From Octopus sinensis (lineage: Eukaryota), in assembly GCF_006345805.1 (NCBI RefSeq), contig NW_021834947.1, positions 1 to 45,599 on the forward strand: a stretch of DNA of 45,599 nt, given 5' to 3'. A model generated the notes under the pieces. That model was not told the origin of the DNA. It worked only from the letters and a program-made list of their open reading frames with translations, and searched no databases. The position numbers and the translations under genes were made by a program. Shown here piece after piece: positions 34,837 through 45,599 of this stretch. Each line of letters opens with the position of its first letter. Within the stretch, counting starts at the first letter, position 1.

Positions 34837-35180
34837 GTTGGTCACTTTCCTTGTTATTTCCTGGACTGGCAGCCGTTTTTAGATTCAGTTCTTCGCTCTG
34901 ATTCCGCTGTGAAGGTTCAATGCGTTTGTTATTATTACAATGGAGAAAGAAGCCCTGGAAAAGGTCAGCCTCGCACTTAATTAGACGTGCTGACCTTTAC
35001 TTCACCCTTCTTCTCAAATGTGAGGTTGCACTTTTCGCAATTTCACTCGGACACGCTGTGTGTGATAAACCTATTCGAAATGAAATTGAAGTTTTATATA
35101 AATGGAATCTCGCCTAAAATGGCTTCCACTTCTGATATATCTCATTTATGAATGGCGGCAGAGTCTAAGTGTCAGACTTT

Positions 35181-35580
35181 TACTGAAATATATTATTATA
35201 AAGTCTGAATCAGCGAAAGCATTTTAGCTATAAGATTATAAAATATTTAGAAATCTTTATAAAACAGTTTAAAAGGTGGAACACGAAGCAGATAAACTTG
35301 TAAACCAGGGCTGTGGGAGTCGGAGTCGGGAATAGTTAAGGGGTAAGTGGAGTCGGAGTCTGAATAGTTTTTACCGACTCTACTGAAATATATTATTATA
35401 AAGTCCGAATCAGCGAAAGCATTTTAGCTATAAGATTATAAAAATATTTAGAAATCTTTATAAAACAGTTTAAAAGGTGGAACACGAAGTAGATAAACTT
35501 GTAAACCAGGGCTGTGGAGTCGGAATCGGGAATAGTTAAGGGGTAACTGGAGTCGGAGTCAGTAAAGTTTTTACCGACTC
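35181..35580. repeat. 200-bp tandem duplication spanning flank plus the left end of a hAT MITE
   Basis: Units 35181-35380 and 35381-35580, highly similar. Confidence 0.95.
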
Positions 35581-35765
35581 CGACTTACAATATCTTTATT
35601 CTTTCATATAAACCAGTTATAACATAAAGACCTACTCAAAGTACAAGCGTATGCATATGCTTTATGAGATATGTAGACCAGAACCACTTAATTACATAAA
35701 AGGGAGTCGGAGTCAATAGCAGAGGAATAGCGGTCAAATTTTTTTGTTTTGACTCCACAGCCCTG
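35507..35765. mobile_element. hAT-type MITE (259 bp) with ggagtc subterminal repeats
   Basis: 15-bp TIRs cagggctgtggagtc / gactccacagccctg; degenerate 8-bp TSD ttgtaaac / ctataaac. Confidence 0.85.
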
Positions 35766-35914
35766 CTATAAACTGGGGATATTCCTTGGGGGGTCCATAT
35801 GTTCCTTGTGGTGGGGCATATAAGACTTGGTTGCTACAGTTTATGTGTAATAATTTGCTTATATTTCAACACTGTACAAAATCTTGACAATTTTTTAAAT
35901 ATAGTTCCTAATGG

Positions 35915-36170
35915 AAGGAGTGGCTGTGTGGTTAGTAGCTTGCTTACCAACCACATGGTCTTGGGTTCAGTCCCACTGCGTGGCACCTTGGGCAAGTGTC
36001 TTCTACTATAGCCTCGGGCCCACCAAAGCCTTATGAGTGGATTTGGTAGACGGAAACTGAAAGAAGCCCGTCGTACATGTATGTATGTATGTGTGTGTTT
36101 GTGTCCACAACATCGCTTGACAACTGATGCTGGTGTGTTTACGTCCCGTAACTTAGCGGTTCGGCAAAAG
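35915..36170 (+). mobile_element. SINE family A, 3'-truncated
   Basis: Head to gcggttcggcaaaag. Confidence 0.9.
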
Positions 36171-36419
36171 GTAGGGGTCGACCTGATGCCATAGAAAATA
36201 ACATTTACACAACGCAGTGGAATCGAACGCCCAACCTCCTGCCTATGAAGCGAAGTTGTTAACCATTCCGCCATACTGCGCCTACCTTCACGCTATAGTA
36301 GTTTATAGCTTAATCCACATTTAATCATGTTATGAAGGTAGTTAGTGGGATTAAGATACGGGTTAAATAGAGAAACTAGATTATCACATTTCCAGTCTTT
36401 CTTTGCTCCGTTATATATG

Positions 36420-36625
36420 GTCACGTGATTTGTCTATTTAGTCACATGACACCTTATAAACATAACTGATTTCAGCCACGTCGATCTCCGGATAATTATC
36501 TATAGTAATCCTGCACGAAATATATGACGCAGTCCATAGTTGATGTGTAAGCAGATTTAGTTTAGTGGTTGTGAATATTTTGAGTTAAAAATACCGGCTG
36601 AATGAAATCCAGTGACGCACGTGTG
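36420..36625. promoter_or_regulatory. Candidate enhancer: paired E/M-boxes plus CRE half-sites
   Basis: GTCACGTGAT at 36420-36429, GTCACATGAC at 36441-36450, TGACGCA at ~36525 and ~36613 (the latter overlapping CACGTG). Motif only. Confidence 0.3.
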
Positions 36626-36714
36626 GATTAGTAAGCCGGCAAGCAATCGTCGCAGTTTCGATTCTCTACAAAGTTCACCGTCACGTTATCTAGGTTTGTT
36701 CCAGAACATCAGTT

Positions 36715-36845
36715 TCAAATTTTCGTACAAAGCCAGCAATTTCGAGGAAGGGAGTAAGTCGATTACATTGACCCCAAAGCGTAACTGGTATTAATTTTAT
36801 CGATTCTGAATGGATTGAACGATAAAGTCGATCTCGGCGGGAAAT
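36715..36845 (-). mobile_element. SINE family B 3' part, old tail type
   Basis: gtcgattacattgacccc, aactggta, aaagtcgatctcggcgg. Confidence 0.8.
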
Positions 36846-37044
36846 AAATGTGTTTATATATATACACACAAAAATAAGCAACAAGAATGACTCCGGTAAT
36901 TTGGTACAATTGTTTCGCACTACATCATTTTATTAAAAGTTGTAAGTATTACAACAGATTTAAGATGCTGAGTGCTCATCAGCCAATTATATAGGTTTTC
37001 CAATAATACAAAGGCTTTCAAATCAAGTATATATATATATATAT

Positions 37045-37251
37045 TTATTCTTTTATTCTTTTACTTGTTTCAGTCATTTGACTGCGGCCATGCTGGAGCA
37101 CCGCCTTTATTCGAACAAATCGACCCAAGGACTTATTCCTTGTAAGCCCACTACTTATTCTATCGGTATCTCTTGCCGAACCGCTAAGTTTCGGGGACGT
37201 AAACGCACCAACATCGGTTGTCAAGTAATGGTTGAGGCGGGACAAAGGTAT

Positions 37252-37282
<31 letters not shown>

Positions 37283-37601
37283 CATATACGACAGGCTTCT
37301 TTCGGGTTCCTTCTACCAATTCTACTCACAAGGTTTTGGTCGGCCCGAGGCTATAGTAGAAGACACTTGCCCAATGTCCGACGCAATGGGACTGAACCCG
37401 GAACCATGTTTTTAAGGATATATTCTTTTATCTTTTTTTACTTGTTTCAGACATTTGACTGTGGCTATGCTGGAGCACACCGCATTTAGTGTCGAACAAA
37501 TTGACCCCCAGAACTTATTCTATCGGTTCTTTTGCCGAACCGCTATGTCAAGCGATGATGGGGTTGATACAAGCACTGACACATACACACATATGTATAT
37601 A

Positions 37602-37646
<45 letters not shown>

Positions 37647-37810
37647 GACGAGTTTCTTTCAGTTTCCATCTACCAAATCCACTCACAAGGCTTTGGTCGG
37701 CGAGAGGCTATAGTAGAAGACACTTGCCCAAGGTGCCACGCAGTGGGACTGAACCCGGAACCATGTCGTTGGAAAACAAACTTCTTACCACACAGCCATT
37801 CTTGCGCCTA
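37045..37810 (-). mobile_element. Two tandem SINE family A copies (37045-37408 and ~37420-37810)
   Basis: Two successive tail-to-head reverse-complement copies. Confidence 0.9.
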
Positions 37811-38334
37811 TATATGGATATGTATGTATGTGTGTGTGTGTGTGTGGTGAAAACGTCTGCTACTGAAATATGTTCTTTCTCTTAAATTAAAAGACTAGGA
37901 AGTGTGAGATTAATTTGAGGGAGATTAAGGTTGCTATATCTAGCAGGTCTGACGAACTATGTGGAAGACGCTCTTTCGCTGGTTCCTCTCTTAGCGTGTA
38001 TAATCTGCTCTCTTCTGCCGGTCTGACGATGTCGCTATTATGTTTCAACGTTGGCTGATTCTCTGCCTAAACTACTCTCCGGTGTCTCAGTTCTTTTTCA
38101 CACTTCGCTGACGCAGTCTTCGGGCCGTCATGCATGAACAAATCGATATTCATAGGAAGAATAAAAATATCGCGAAAATGTAAGGAAGCAACAATTACCT
38201 CGTTTTCTTTTTTTCCCTATTTTTCCCCCCGTTTCTTTTCTCTCTTATTGGTTCTGTTGGGTTAAAATGTCTGCCTGTCTGTCTATCTATCTGTCTGTCA
38301 GTGTTCTATTGTATGTACTTGTATGTATGTTTGG

Positions 38335-38670
38335 TGTGTGTCTATGTGCGTGTCTAAGTACGTATATATGTATGTGCGTGTTTAAGTATGTATATATGTA
38401 TGTATGTATATATGTGTATATTTATGTGCGTGTCTAAATATGTATATATGTATATATATATATGTATGTATACATATATGTGTATATTTATGTGCGTGTC
38501 TAAGTCTGAATATATGTATGTATATATGTGTGTATCTATGTGCGTGTCTAAGTATGTATATATGTGTATATCTGTGTGCGTGTCTAAGTATGTATATATG
38601 TGTGTATCTATGTGCGTGTCTAAGTATGTATATATGTGTATATATATATGTGCGTGTCTAAGTATTCATA
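38335..38670. repeat. ~36-bp minisatellite derived from TA/TG microsatellite
   Basis: tgtgcgtgtctaagtatgtatatatgtgtgtatcta; gtctaag at 38546, 38582 and 38618. Confidence 0.88.
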
Positions 38671-38961
38671 TATGTATGTGTATACATACAAATATGTCTG
38701 CATGCATCTGTGTAAATACATGTATGGATATATATGTGCGCGCGCATGTGTATTTGTGACTTGTGACTGAATTTGATAGATAAAAACTGTGAGGAAGCAG
38801 ACCATATATGTGTGTGTATGTATGTAATTGCCTATTCAAATTCCCAAACTGTTTGAATATGCAATCATTCGCGAAACATCGAAGTCGTTGCCAACAGTAT
38901 ATAATAATAATAATAATATAAATAATGTATAAATATACACATGCATATATGGGTACAGGAC

Positions 38962-39003
<42 letters not shown>

Positions 39004-39196
39004 GAACTATCTAATGTCTGTCTGTCTATATTATATAATATCTTTCCATTTTGTTTACGCCTGTGTATGTCGATGTGCGTATGTGAAACTATATCGGTGT
39101 GTGTATATGTGTGCCTGCATGCGTGCATGTGTGTGTCTGTCCGTGTGTCTGCTTGTCCGTTGGCGCGCACACGAGACTTGCGTTGCAGCAGCAAGC

Positions 39197-39283
39197 ATGG
39201 AAGAAGAAGAAGAAGAAGACACTTCATCGAGGAAGAAGAGGACGTTTCCAAACAATCGCCGCCTTGACAATAATAATAATAAC
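39197..39283 (+). CDS. Speculative short first coding exon MEEEEEEDTSSRKKRTFPNNRRLDNNNNN
   Basis: Kozak-like agcATGG and phase-0 donor AAC|GTAAGA. Partly (GAA)n/(AAT)n, with no recognised homolog and no downstream exon found. Confidence 0.15.
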
Positions 39284-39598
39284 GTAAGAGCTGTGTGTGT
39301 TTCCTGGAGAGCAATTTAACGCTTGGCCAATCTGATATCAGCCTATCGGTGTTGTTTCTAACGGTTATATCAGTGTCCGTAATGTGCGCTCGTCTCCTTC
39401 GTCTCCACACCAGATGTCATTACCATCTCCATCCTTAGAGGATTAAACGGTGCCAGCTGACTAAATTGGCTAATAGACGTTTTTGCTCGTCGACATAACT
39501 TACGTACTTTTGGCTACTGTTTTTCTTTTCTTTTTTTTCTTTTCTTTTTGTTTTGTTTTTTTTTTGTTTTTCATCGTAATCATCATCAACAGAAGCAA

Positions 39599-39599
<1 letters not shown>

Positions 39600-39685
<86 letters not shown>

Positions 39686-39778
39686 TTATTATTATTATCA
39701 TTATTATCATCATTATTATTATTGTTATCATTATCATTATTATTATTATCATTATTATTATTATTATTATTATTATTA
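39600..39778. repeat. (ATT)n/(ATC)n trinucleotide microsatellite, ~180 bp
   Basis: Directly visible. Confidence 0.95.
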
Positions 39779-39782
39779 ATTA

Positions 39783-40104
39783 AGGCGGCGACTGGCAGAA
39801 ACGTTAAGCACGCCGGGCGAAATGCGTAGCCGTATTTCGTCTGCCGTTACGTTCTTGAGTTCAAATTCCGCCGAGGTCGACTTTGCCTTTCATCCTTTCG
39901 GGGTCGATAAATTAAGTACCAGTTACGCACTGGAGTCGATGTAATCGACTTGATCCATTTGTCTGTCCTTGTTTGTCCCCTCTGTGTTTAGCCCCTTGTG
40001 GGTAGTAAAGAAATAGGTATTTCGTCTGTCGTTACGTTCTGAGTTCAAATTCCGCCGAGGTCGACTTTGCCGTTCACACTTTCGGGGTCGATTAAATAAG
40101 TACC
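39783..40104 (+). mobile_element. SINE family B, full length plus a head-to-tail partial second unit
   Basis: Full copy to aaagaaata, then ggtatttcgtctg...aagtacc restarts inside the head. Confidence 0.92.
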
Positions 40105-40230
40105 TTTCTGTCGAAGAGCATAGGCTCGAAACGTAAAAGACTTTCTCACTTCCCGAGCGTTAAACTAATACATCTGTTTGTTGTTTACACTCCCGTCTTC
40201 CTTTTTTTTTTTTTTTGTATATTCTCACTA
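40104..40230 (+). mobile_element. Penelope-like terminal-repeat remnant with a variant hammerhead motif (40104-40139)
   Basis: CTTT-CTGTCGA-a-GAGC atag GCTC-GAAACGT-A-AAAG. Confidence 0.65.
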
Positions 40231-40234
40231 TATA

Positions 40235-40417
40235 TATATGTGTGTGTGTGTCCTGCCATCACTTGACAACCGATGTTGGTGTGTTTATGTTCCCGTAACG
40301 TAGCGGTTTGATAAAAGAAACTGGTAGAATAAGTCCTGGGATCGATTTCTTCGACTAAAACCTTTTGAAGCTGTCTTCCAGCATCACCGCAGTCAAATGA
40401 CTGAAACAAGTAAAGAA
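40235..40417 (+). mobile_element. SINE family A 3' half
   Basis: cttgacaaccgatgttggtg to gactgaaacaagtaaaga. Confidence 0.87.
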
Positions 40418-40435
40418 TTGTGTGTGTGTGTGTGT

Positions 40436-40471
<36 letters not shown>

Positions 40472-40974
40472 TGTGTGTGTGTGTGTGATGCGAAGCGATG
40501 CGATGTGAGTGCGTATCTGTGTTTATCCTACACCACTCAACAGCCCTGCTTGTTTTGTTTATATCCTTGCAAATTTGCGGTTCGACAACAAGTGATCGAT
40601 GGAGTAAGTATCGAACTCTCGTCTCTTGTAGAAATCGCCCAAATGTGTGTATGAATTAGATGGACATGGCCCAACATCCTTGTTTCTTTTAGTTTTTTTC
40701 TTTTTCTTTCTCAAGTCTGCATATGCTAAAAAACTTCGTAAGAGCTCACTCCAGTCGCCATGTTGCTTATCAAAGACACAATGACGTCATAAGTACTACA
40801 TCTAGAACCGGACATACTACAAAGGCAACGTCATTGTCGTGTCTTCTGAGGGCGTGTGCTTCAGGAAATATGAGCGTAGCGGTGCGCGCGCGAGCGTGTG
40901 TGCGTGGAGAGAGAGGGAGGGAAAGAGACAGAGAGAGACATAATTGCACACAACGAAAATTGCATGTGTAACTG

Positions 40975-41275
40975 CGTTTGTATGTATGTATGTGTGTGTG
41001 TATGTATGTATATATATATATTTATATATATATATAGATTATTTATATATTATATATATATAGATAGATAGATTATTTATATATTATATATAAATATATA
41101 TATTATATATATATATATGCGTGTGTTTATATATGCGTGTATATATGTGTATATGTATATATATGTGTATATATATGTGTGTATATGTATGTGTATACAT
41201 ATATGTGTATGTGTGTGTATATGTATATGTGTGTATATATACATATATATATATAATATGTACATATATACATAC
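40975..41275. repeat. Compound (TA)n/(TG)n microsatellite
   Basis: Directly visible. Confidence 0.9.
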
Positions 41276-41277
41276 AC

Positions 41278-41436
41278 TCTAGCGTACGGGGGATGGGGCT
41301 GCAGCGGTGGTCCGCCCCGGGCGACACTTTTTAAGGGGCGGTACTTTTGGGTCTGCTGTAAGCAGTGTGTGTTTTTGTGGTGTCCCTGAGTGGCATACAG
41401 AATGGCCACCCTGTGCAGCACACACTCTAGCTACGT
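41278..41436. mobile_element. GC-rich hAT-MITE-like remnant
   Basis: cgccccgggcgacac motif and ctctagctacg end; TIRs eroded. Confidence 0.4.
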
Positions 41437-41534
41437 TTGAGCACACACATATCTTTCTATCTATCTATCTATCTATCTATCTATCATCTATCTATCTATC
41501 TATCTGTCTGTCTGTCTGTCTGTCTGTCCATCTA

Positions 41535-41786
41535 TAAGTACTGGTGTCGATTTTGTTCGTCTAAACCCTTCAAGGTGCCCCAGCATGGCCGCAGTTCAAT
41601 GACTGAAGCATGTGAAAAACAAAAGCGCAGGAGTGGCTGTGTGGTAAGTAGCTTGTTTACCAACCTCATGGTTCCGGGTTCAGTCCCTCTGCGTGGCACC
41701 TTGGGCAAGTGTCTTCTACTATAGCCTCGGGCCGACCAAAGCCTTGTGAGTGGATTTGGTAGACGGAAACTGAAAGAAGTCCGTCG

Positions 41787-41819
<33 letters not shown>

Positions 41820-42043
41820 TATATATATGCGTGTGTGTGTTTGTGTGGCTGTGTTTGTCCCCCTAGCATTGCTTGACAACCGTTGCTGGTGTATTTATGT
41901 CCCCGTAACTTAGCGGTTCGGCAAAAGAGACCGATAGAATGAGTACTAGGTTTACAAAAGAATAAGTCCCGGGGGTCGAGTTACTCGATTAAAGGCGGTG
42001 CTCCAGCATGGCCGCAGTCAAATGACTGAAACGAGTAAAAGAG
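41535..42043 (+). mobile_element. Old SINE A tail (41535-41622) followed by a full-length SINE A (41624-42043)
   Basis: All modules present in the second copy. Confidence 0.92.
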
Positions 42044-43886
42044 TATACGTGTTTGTATGTACTGTGCGTGTTTTCTCTGTAACATTCATTCGATAGAAAA
42101 CGAAAGAAAAAAAGGGGGGTGAAGGAAAGAATGAAGAAAAGACAGCGTTTGTGACAAAATGAGTTGAGATGTTTTTGTTTTTTTATGCCACACGATTTAT
42201 TTAGAAATGTTGACAGGAAAAATGACGTCAGAAAAGCGGGAAGGAAATCTCTCTTTCTTCCCTTCGTCGTTCATTTTATGCCCGTCTTTCACACACAGTC
42301 TGTGCTCATACGTAAGTTGAATATTGATAAGGTTTATAAAAATCTTTGAAATTTCTGTTGAAGTGTCGATCCCCATTGTCAAGTTGATTTACTCCAAGAA
42401 AGAGAGAGAGAGAGAGCGAGAGAGTGACTGTTATTATGTTTCGGTCTTTTGTTTTTAAAGCAAAAACGTCGCTTGCTGGTTGTCTGACTTACATAATAAC
42501 AAAAACAACAACAATGACAAAAACAGCGTGTAATCTTTTAATACGGAGATATTTTATCCTTGACATTTTCTTCTCTTCCCTTACACACCGTGTTTCTTAC
42601 AGACTTCGTCAGATTTCGCTTCCGACGTTTCGTCTCTTGTTCTTCTTCTTCCTGTCATTCTTATTTGTGGCTTTTGTTCTTGTTTTTTTTTTTTTTTGTT
42701 AATTTTGTTTTTGTTTTCTCGCTAAGAGAAGATCCGTCTCCGCCGTATCAAAATAGTTACGATACCTAACAATGCCGAACTAATCATGCAAGACAAGGTG
42801 ACAATACTCTCTCATTCGCATTTCCCCCCAACAGCTGCAGCAGTCGTCTGATTTGTTGCCTGTCATAATTAAGACTTGACTTGACATAACATGGATAAGT
42901 CAACCGTTAACAACAACAACAACAACAACAATAATAACGATAGCAATTATATATAGGTACGTTGATAATTACTTTTCTCCTTGATGTTTCTTAATAACTG
43001 GCGACGATTGAGTTGGAACAAATCATTTATTTCTAACGTCGGTCTTAAAACGTCTTCGCCAATATTGAAAACAGTTCGAAGTACTTCGAACATAGGTGAT
43101 CTTTTTTTGTTGTTTTTTCTGGGGTTTTTTTTTTTTTGTTTATTTTTTTTTCTTGATTGCTTTGTTGTTGTTTGTGGTGCTTTGGTTAAAAAGTATGTCT
43201 GTAAATGGCGACTCGTTCGCAATGAACATTTCTTTTTGATCTCGTCATGAAAGTTCTCGTTAAAAAAAGAAGACAGAAAATATGAAAACAACAAAAAAAA
43301 AATCAATGCAAAAAATCACACACACTAAACAATGTATTTTTCATTAAACATGGCGTTACCATTTATACAGATTTCTAAACACGGCGTCTGACGTCAAGTA
43401 AACGGCACCATTTCTATGATGAAACAGACTAATCATGATCTGGCTTCATATGTAAGGAGAAATAATGTATCACTGTTAAATATAATATGGAATAAAGGAG
43501 TGCATTATATAGTGCGTGTGCTTAATGATTCGCAAATATGACTCTTCCAAAATACAATATTTTTTTAATGAATTATTTCCGAAAACCTCTTTATCGAATA
43601 TATTAAGCGCTTGAAGTGTGTATGTGTGTGTGTGGTGTGTGTGTGTGTGGTGTGTGTGTTCCCTTATTGGTTTCAGTCATTGACTACGACCATGCTGTAG
43701 CACCGCCTGAAAATATTTTTTCGAACATATCATCACCTGTATGCTCTTTAAATTTGGCTCTTATTTATTAAACTCTTCTTTTCGAACCGTACCGTCAAGT
43801 TTCAATAGACAAAGAAATACAATATAGGAAAACCAATCTTTGAGGCTGGTGCAAACATTCAAATATACGCCAAGGCATATGCATAT

Positions 43887-43952
<66 letters not shown>

Positions 43953-44104
43953 CATCTCTCTCACTCACACGCACACACACATACACAATACATATGGAAA
44001 AAAGTGGAAAGAGTACAGTGAAATTGACCTGAGGAGCGGAATATCTAACGTTTCGGATTTAATCCTTTGTCAGGTTGCAGCCAGTTTTTCAAGCTAAGAG
44101 GATA

Positions 44105-44738
44105 CTCTATCTTTTACTCTTTTACTTGTTTCCGTCATTTGACTGTGGCCATGCTGGAGCACCGCCATTAGTCGAGCAAATCGGCCCCAGGACTTATTCT
44201 TTGTAAGCCTAGTACTTATTCTATCGATCTCTTTTGCCGAACCGCTAAATTACGAGGACGTAAACACACCAGCGTCAGTTATCAAGCGATGTTGAGGGTA
44301 CAAATAAGGCGGTGAGCTGGCAGAAACATTAGCACGCCGGGCGAAATGCGTAGCCGTATTTCGTCTGCCGTTACGTTCTGAGTTCAAATTCCACCCAGGT
44401 CGACCTTTCGGGGTCAATAAATTAAGTACCAGTTACGCACTGGGGTCGACATAATCGACTTAATCCGTTTGTCTGTCCTTGTTTGTCCCCTCTTTGTTTA
44501 GTCCCTTGTGGGTAGTAAAGAAATAGGTACAAACAGACACACACACACATACATACATATATATATATATATTCAACGGGCTTCTTTCAGTCTCCGTCTA
44601 CCAAATCCACTCACTAGGCTTTGGTCGGCCCGAGGCTATAGTAGAAGACACTTGCCCAAGGTGCCGCGCAGTGGGACTGAACGCGGAACCATGTAGTTCG
44701 TAAGCAAGCTACTTACCACACAGCCACTCCTGCGCCTA
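44105..44738 (-). mobile_element. SINE family A, full length, interrupted by SINE B
   Basis: A tail at 44105-44304; A middle and head at 44526-44738. Confidence 0.93.
44306..44527 (+). mobile_element. SINE family B nested in SINE A
   Basis: ggtacaaa duplicated at 44297-44304 and 44526-44533. Confidence 0.92.
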
Positions 44739-45437
44739 TATGTTTATTTGCTTTTAACATGTTTCAGGAAAGTTTTCAATTGTATGTGTAGACAACAAAC
44801 TCATATCAGTGACGCCAACGAGTTCTCAGTCACCGGCGTTTCGATATAATTTTGCCTCTTTCAGAGAGAGAGAGAGTCACCATCGCCACCAGAAACTCTG
44901 AAGAAAACTGTAAGATGTGTAAAATATCAGTAGCTTATGAGATAAATTGGAACCAATTCTACCGAGAATTGAAACAGTATCTCAAAGTCGATGAGCATAC
45001 CTCTTACATTAACGGCAGTTGGCGTGGCGCAGTATATCGAACAATAGAAAAATGGTGTGCGTATAAATAATCCTTGACCGGTACGAAGGTCAAGAATTTA
45101 CGAATGGTTTCTCAGTAATCAATAGTGTCTGTTATTGGTGTATAACGTACTGGGAATCCTAACCAGGTCAGACCTTGTTCTATAGAAGATCAAAAGACTT
45201 TCTAAGCTGGTTTCAAGTCCGACGTCAATATACAGTGAATTCTCAAGAGAAAGCTTGCAGCATTTACAATTATATTGAAAATTAGCTTTAAATTCGATAT
45301 ATTTGTATTTCGTTAAGGAAACTAGACTCATCATGAATGGCTGGCAGTTACAAGTTTATTATGCATGAGTGATCGTGACCTCGCCACCGCACGCACCTAT
45401 ATCCTTTGATAATCTGTTACACACGAATGTAATATTG

Positions 45438-45508
<71 letters not shown>

Positions 45509-45599
45509 ATTCTGATAAGCATGACTTGAATTCGACAAGAGAAGATATTTTTTGTTATGGTAGGCTGTAATTGAAATAATTAATTGCCTATTCTGTGTT

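Noticed and set aside
36205-36283. tRNA gene on the minus strand
   Set aside because: It has A/B-box-like motifs but no proper cloverleaf; best explained as an old SINE A-type head. The same applies to the heads at 33200, 14746 and ~23170-23243.
44830-44868. Minus-strand CTGAAAGA...GAAAC motif
   Set aside because: Wrong core spacing and no stem II pairing.
1-45599. Most ORFs in the supplied track ([16 protein letters not shown], poly-Y/N/I, and recurring ARGYSRRHLPKVPRSGTEPGTM peptides)
   Set aside because: They are translations of microsatellites and of SINE family A/B sequence; I see no domain signatures or consistent exon chain.

Overview
AT-rich, repeat-saturated animal genomic DNA, apparently intronic or intergenic. 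The SINE families and the density of (TA)n/(CA)n/(GA)n/(ATT)n tracts look like an Octopus (coleoid cephalopod) genome; this is recognition from memory, not a database match. I can support no host protein-coding gene, rRNA, true tRNA or CRISPR array, and most supplied ORFs are read-through of microsatellites or SINEs. The window holds: about 25 copies or fragments of a ~400-bp tRNA-headed SINE (family A); about 15 of a ~230-bp SINE (family B), two with clear 15-16 bp target-site duplications; copies of two or three further SINE families; mariner deletion derivatives with recognisable transposase remnants; hAT fragments and MITEs; and several Penelope-like terminal-repeat remnants carrying minimal hammerhead ribozyme (HHR) motifs. 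The most notable observations are the dispersed HHR motifs (one nearly perfect at 32748-32791, and a family with a CUGUYGA core), a TTAGGG-containing TIR element flanked by a 34-bp direct duplication, two tandem amplifications straddling hAT ends, and module sharing between SINE families. Family names A-E are my own labels, and boundaries of degenerate copies are approximate.
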